10,672 nt of DNA from Methanotrichaceae archaeon (GTDB lineage Archaea; Halobacteriota; Methanosarcinia; Methanotrichales; Methanotrichaceae). The stretch lies in assembly GCA_963754945.1 (NCBI GenBank), contig CAVWIG010000051.1, forward strand, positions 1 through 10,672. Reading direction: 5' to 3'. Below are positions 6,392 through 10,672 of the stretch, one piece after another. The position numbers and the translations under genes were made by a program. The notes under the pieces were generated by a model. It was given only the letters and a program-made list of their open reading frames with translations, had not been told where the DNA came from and did no database searches. Each line of letters opens with the position of its first letter. Position 1 is the first letter of the stretch.

Positions 6392-7336
6392 ATGGATTCT
6401 ATCTCTGAGCTTGTTCATAAGCTCGGCCACAGCGACGATTACTTCGAGCGCCAGAAGGCCGCCTGGGCCCTGGTGAAGATCGGAGACGAGACCATTGATG
6501 CTCTGGTTGAGGCTCTTGAGGATGGCGAGTTCTCGGATCTAAGGTACAAGGCGGCATGGGCTTTAGGGAAGATAGGCAACCCAAGAGCTGTAGAGTCGCT
6601 AGGCAAAGTAATGCAAAACGACTCGGACTACGTTGTTCGCGAGTGGTGTGCTGCTGCCCTGGAAGCTGTGGGAGATGCCGGGGCCGTTCCCTACCTTGTC
6701 CAGGCAATGCAGAAGGACAGCTCAAAGGACGTCAGGCTCAGAGCCTCGGTCGCATTGCGCAACCTTGGAGCAGCAGAGGCCTTGATGGATCTTCTCAAAG
6801 CGCCAGAGCCAGAGACACGGGGGATGGCTGTAACTGGTCTCGCCAAACTCAAGTTCGAAGCAGCTTTGGGCGGAGTAGCTTGCCTTCTGACAGATGATGA
6901 CGTTGAGGTCAGAAGGAGATGTACAGCCTTCATGGGAGAGTTCGACAGCCAACAGGTCATGGAGTCTCTAGCTCTCGCTCTGAAAGACGCCGAAGCAGCG
7001 GTTAGGACTGAGTCACTCAAGTCTTTTGGTAAGGTGCGAGGAGAGAAGGCATGCATTCTGGCCTTGGGCGCTCTGAAGGACATAGATTCCGATGTGAGGC
7101 TTTCTGCTGTAACAGCACTCGGCGAGATAGGTCAAACTGCTGCACTAGATCCTTTGGTCGAGGTCATGTTAGGCCAGGATGAAGAGGAGATCCGTGCCTG
7201 GGCTGCCTGGAGCCTGGGCGAGCTGGGAGACGCCAGAGCAGTTGATCATCTGATTAAGGCCTACAAGACGTGCCCCATGGAAGTAATGAAGAAGGCCAAG
7301 GCGTCGCTAGAAGAGATCTATGGTGTAAAAGTCTGA
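6392..7336 (+). CDS. HEAT-repeat (PBS lyase-like) protein, 314 aa
   Basis: About nine repeats of the D-x-x-VR-x-x-AA-x-ALG type. ATG 6392 (MDSISELV) is the likely start; the extension from 6233 looks non-coding. Confidence 0.92.
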   Translation: MDSISELVHKLGHSDDYFERQKAAWALVKIGDETIDALVEALEDGEFSDLRYKAAWALGKIGNPRAVESLGKVMQNDSDYVVREWCAAALEAVGDAGAVPYLVQAMQKDSSKDVRLRASVALRNLGAAEALMDLLKAPEPETRGMAVTGLAKLKFEAALGGVACLLTDDDVEVRRRCTAFMGEFDSQQVMESLALALKDAEAAVRTESLKSFGKVRGEKACILALGALKDIDSDVRLSAVTALGEIGQTAALDPLVEVMLGQDEEEIRAWAAWSLGELGDARAVDHLIKAYKTCPMEVMKKAKASLEEIYGVKV

Positions 7337-7378
7337 GATGTTCCACCTAGCGGACTTGTCCATCTTGACTCCAACTCC

Positions 7379-7385
7379 TTTTTTT
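7379..7385 (+). terminator. Oligo-T tract, possible archaeal terminator
   Basis: A T7 run 43 nt after the HEAT gene stop. Confidence 0.35.
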
Positions 7386-7496
7386 GCATCATTTTACTGT
7401 GTCCAGAACATTCTTAAACATTACTTAGCTCGCTTTACCGTCTCTGCTCTGTATCAAGGATAGTGAGAAGACCGACCAGAAGAACTCCTCCACGGC

Positions 7497-7526
7497 CTCC
7501 GTCAGCTTCTTCAAAGCCTGACGGAG
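7497..7526. repeat. Intergenic inverted repeat/hairpin upstream of paaK
   Basis: CTCCGTCAG-N12-CTGACGGAG, a perfect 9-bp stem. Confidence 0.5.
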
Positions 7527-7609
7527 CCAGGGCAGGATTCATGAACCTTACAATTGAGCATCCAAAAAGCTTTATCCATCGATAGCCTCATGGTCCGCGG
7601 TTGATTTCC

Positions 7610-8914
7610 ATGTCAGGTTACTGGGATCCGCATATCGAGCGCATGCCTCTGGAAGATCTACACTCACTCCAGGAAGATCGGCTTAAGTCGATAACACGCT
7701 ACGTTTATGACCACTCTCCATTCTATAGGCAGAGATTCAAGGAGGCAGGCGTTGAGCCTAACGATATCAAGCAGCTCAGCGATCTGACCAAATTGCCATT
7801 CACAAGAAAGGTCGATCTGCGCAACAACTACCCCACCGGCATGTTCAGTCTCCCCATGAACCGCATTGTCCGGTATCACGTTTCCAGCGGCACCACTGGA
7901 AAGCCAACCGTGGTCGGATACACCAAAGATGACATCGACTCTTGGTCTGAGTCCCTGGCAAGAGCCCTGACCTCTATTGGCCTTGGCCGCGGAGACGTTG
8001 TCCAGGTAGGGTACGGCTACGGCCTCTTCACAGGGGGACTGGGGTTGCACTACGGCGCTGAGAGAATTGGTGCCACCGTCCTGCCTACGGGCGTGGGGAG
8101 TACAGAACGCCAGATCGAGCTGATGCAGGACCTCGGGTCCACGGCTATAGCCTGCACGCCTTCATATTTCCTGCACATGATTGAGGTAGCGGATAAAATG
8201 GGGGTTAGCATCAGAAACGATACCAAGCTCAAGACGGGCATCTTCGGTGCTGAGCCCTGGTCGCAGGAGACCCGCAAGAGGATCGAGGACGCCACGGGAA
8301 TAAATGCTTACGACATCTATGGAACCAGCGAGCTAAGCGGCCCCCTATGCACTGAGTGCCAAGAGAAGAACGGCATCCATATCTGGGGAGACCTATTCCT
8401 GATAGAGACCATCGATCCAAAGACAGGCGAGCAGCTTGAGGTGGGAGAGAACGGAGAGCTGGTGGTCACAACCCTTCACAAGTTTGCCATGCCTCTGATC
8501 AGGTACAGGATTGGCGACCTGACCATCCTCAACTCCGAGCCTTGTGAATGCGGCCGAACGCACCCCCGGATCATGAGAATATTAGGTCGCGCAGATGACA
8601 TGCTGATCATCCGCGGCATCAACGTATTCCCGAGCCAAGTGGAGTCTGTGCTTATGAAAATCCCGGAGGTCGGTGATCATTACCAGATAGTTGTAGGCCG
8701 CGAAGGACCTCTGGACGTTATGACCGTTCGTGTTGAGATCACCGAGAAAGGGTTCAGCGACAAGATCGGCGACCTAATGTCCCTGAAGAAGAAAGTCGCA
8801 AAAGAATTAAAGAGTGTGCTGAACATAGCTGCTGGTGTGGAGCTCGTAGAGCCGGGAACAATACCCAGATCCATGGGCAAGGCTCAGAGAGTTATCGATA
8901 ACAGGAAGGTTTAG
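7610..8914 (+). CDS. paaK: Phenylacetate-CoA ligase family (ANL/AMP-binding) protein
   Basis: Motifs H-x-SSGTTGKPT, GYGLFTGGLGLHYG, CTPSY, GAEPWS, DIYG-x-SE, RYR-x-GD, GR-x-DDM-x-IIRG-x-NVFPSQ and GKA-x-RV-x-D-x-R. ATG at 7610. Confidence 0.95.
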   Translation: MSGYWDPHIERMPLEDLHSLQEDRLKSITRYVYDHSPFYRQRFKEAGVEPNDIKQLSDLTKLPFTRKVDLRNNYPTGMFSLPMNRIVRYHVSSGTTGKPTVVGYTKDDIDSWSESLARALTSIGLGRGDVVQVGYGYGLFTGGLGLHYGAERIGATVLPTGVGSTERQIELMQDLGSTAIACTPSYFLHMIEVADKMGVSIRNDTKLKTGIFGAEPWSQETRKRIEDATGINAYDIYGTSELSGPLCTECQEKNGIHIWGDLFLIETIDPKTGEQLEVGENGELVVTTLHKFAMPLIRYRIGDLTILNSEPCECGRTHPRIMRILGRADDMLIIRGINVFPSQVESVLMKIPEVGDHYQIVVGREGPLDVMTVRVEITEKGFSDKIGDLMSLKKKVAKELKSVLNIAAGVELVEPGTIPRSMGKAQRVIDNRKV

Positions 8915-8936
8915 TAAAGGTGGAGGAGGTTCGTAG

Positions 8937-9371
8937 ATGGCTGAGATCAAGCAGATATCGCTCTTTGTTGAGAACAGGCCTGGAAGGATGGCAAAGGTCT
9001 CAAAGACGCTTTCGGACGCGGGCGTGAATATAAGGGCAATGACCATAGCTGAGGCGGGAGACTTCGGGGTCATAAGGATGGTAGTTGACAACCCCGACAA
9101 GGGATACAAGGTTCTTCACGATAGTGGATTCACAGTCTCAGCGACGGACGTTCTGGCCGTGGAGATGAAGGATACTCCTGGAGGGCTTTACGAGATAGTC
9201 GATACCCTGGGAGCCAACAAGATCAACGTGGACTATGCCTACGCCTTCGTAACGGCCAAAGCAGAGCGTGCCATGCTGATCCTGAGGGTGGACGACCTTC
9301 CACGGGCAAAACAGTCTTTGAGCGCCAAGGGTGTGAAGATAGCCACCAAGGACGAGATCCAGGAGATCTAG
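8937..9371 (+). CDS. Tandem ACT-domain protein (commonly adjacent to paaK)
   Basis: KQISLFVENRPGR...NIRA...DFGVIR and D-x-PGGL...INVDYAYAF. GGAGG RBS. Confidence 0.92.
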   Translation: MAEIKQISLFVENRPGRMAKVSKTLSDAGVNIRAMTIAEAGDFGVIRMVVDNPDKGYKVLHDSGFTVSATDVLAVEMKDTPGGLYEIVDTLGANKINVDYAYAFVTAKAERAMLILRVDDLPRAKQSLSAKGVKIATKDEIQEI

Positions 9372-9401
9372 CCCCCCTTTTCCGGGGCTAGACATTTCTT
9401 T
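9367..9401 (+). terminator. Hairpin plus T-rich tract after the ACT gene
   Basis: TCTAGCCCC...GGGGCTAGA (9367-9392) with a pyrimidine loop, followed by TTTCTTT. Confidence 0.5.
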
Positions 9402-10105
9402 GATTACGGAAAGTAGAACCTCTTGAGATCAGGGTGTCCTAATTAGCGGTATTTACCGCTATCGAAGGAGTAACATAATTCATATTTCTAAGCCAGTATA
9501 CTGGCTCGCAGTTGTCGGTTTAGGGGCTGTATAGATAACTTTGCCACTCCGAAAACTAATAAATCATCAAGCCTATTCATATATTAGTGAGGAAAGAAGG
9601 ATATCCTTCTCCTATTTTGTATTATTTCACTCACCTCCTCCCCTCCACCCCTCCTACTATTCCTCGATTTCTCACCCATTTATCAAGAACGCAGACAAAT
9701 TACACTTTGTACCCACTAGCTTGTTTCCATCGCCCGAAATACCGATTAGAATTGCTGAACACTTCTATAGTCGTATACTTTTTCAAATGAGTGATATGGA
9801 CCTCAGACAATAGACTTTTCCCTGATATCCACGATCCCGTCCTGGGACAGAGATATCGAGGATATCTGTAAATTACAAGATTTTAAGCCCTGAAGGGTTG
9901 AGATACCAGGTGATCACGAGATTTTTGTTAAGGGTTTTTGGTTCGTAAATAATTAATAAGGATACGTTGATCCTTCTGAATTAGAAATACATGGTTTGGA
10001 TGAAAATAATCAAGATTCGTTGCAAAATGCAAAGTTGTTATGCGTAGGGCGCTGAATAGTATTGGACGATGAACAAGACTTCAAGCCTTATCGGAGGTTA
10101 GATTG

Positions 10106-10240
10106 ATGGTATCAAAGAATGAAGTTGTTCGCAGGATTGAGCAGATAGATTGTCTGCTTACAAGCCTCCAGGATCTTAGGAGGTCTGAGATGAACGAACT
10201 TGAGAAGATCGAGGCCGAGGCGGCCGAAGAAGGCGTTTAG
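10106..10240 (+). CDS. 44-aa acidic coiled-coil-like small protein (not in the ORF track)
   Basis: Strong GGAGGT RBS at 10093-10098. MVSKNEVVRRIEQIDCLLTSLQDLRRSEMNELEKIEAEAAEEGV*. Confidence 0.5.
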   Translation: MVSKNEVVRRIEQIDCLLTSLQDLRRSEMNELEKIEAEAAEEGV

Positions 10241-10672
10241 CAATCCTGTTCGGGACTCTAATCCGACAATAATACCCACATATTCCTGGTGAGTTGCAAA
10301 ATTGTCGAATTCATCCTATCGGTAACTCGAAGCCACCGGTGCTAGATCAAAGCCTATTTGTACAAAATTCCGTTCTGGATCTGCTTTGCACAAGAAAATC
10401 CTTCGCAGGCCCATATAACTCGGAAACTGTTCTTTCATTCTTTGGAAGCTCTGACCCTGTGCAATTTTATAGAGGCAACACAGGTTTCAATTATTTTATT
10501 CTATCCTTTGCATTCTACTGCTGCACGGAATCACTGGCTCTATTCACTTAATGCTTCATGTCGATCTCGGAATACGAAACCTTCATGCCCGATTGGGCAC
10601 CCATGAATATGAAAATTGGGCTTCAGTTATATATTAGGATTCGACTTTATTGTTCAATTATGAGACAGGCAA

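Noticed and set aside
4513-9395. Many antisense or overlapping ORFs in the track (e.g. 4513-4872, 5685-6107, 6691-7083, 7664-8050) and the 6233 start of the HEAT gene
   Set aside because: They are shadow frames of well-supported genes with no motifs. The HEAT repeats begin only after ATG 6392.
9541-10606. Track ORFs 9541-9813, 9587-9790, 10294-10551 and 10358-10606
   Set aside because: Non-ATG starts, no RBS, atypical composition and mutual overlap; probably spurious.
1-10672. tRNA, rRNA or CRISPR array
   Set aside because: No cloverleaf with a T-loop motif and no regularly spaced repeats were seen by eye.

Overview
Archaeal DNA, probably from a Methanothrix/Methanosarcinales-like methanogen (inferred from gene content, TATA-type promoters and GGTGA/GGAGG RBS). 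Bases 1-~4260 are an accessory region: the 3' end of an IS5-family element, several small virus-like or antitoxin-like ORFs, and a translationally coupled minus-strand operon (putative DNA-binding protein, tyrosine recombinase, Doc toxin) met convergently by an unannotated 48-aa antitoxin-like ORF. The recombinase gene is split by a 151-bp hairpin-ended non-autonomous IS200/IS605-type insertion (2923-3073) whose precise removal restores a 304-aa ORF. Bases 4269-9371 are housekeeping genes: Mrp/NBP35 ATPase, radical SAM protein, HEAT-repeat protein, phenylacetate-CoA ligase family protein and an ACT-domain protein. Bases 9400-10672 are AT-rich and mostly non-coding or decayed, with palindromes and one 44-aa ORF.
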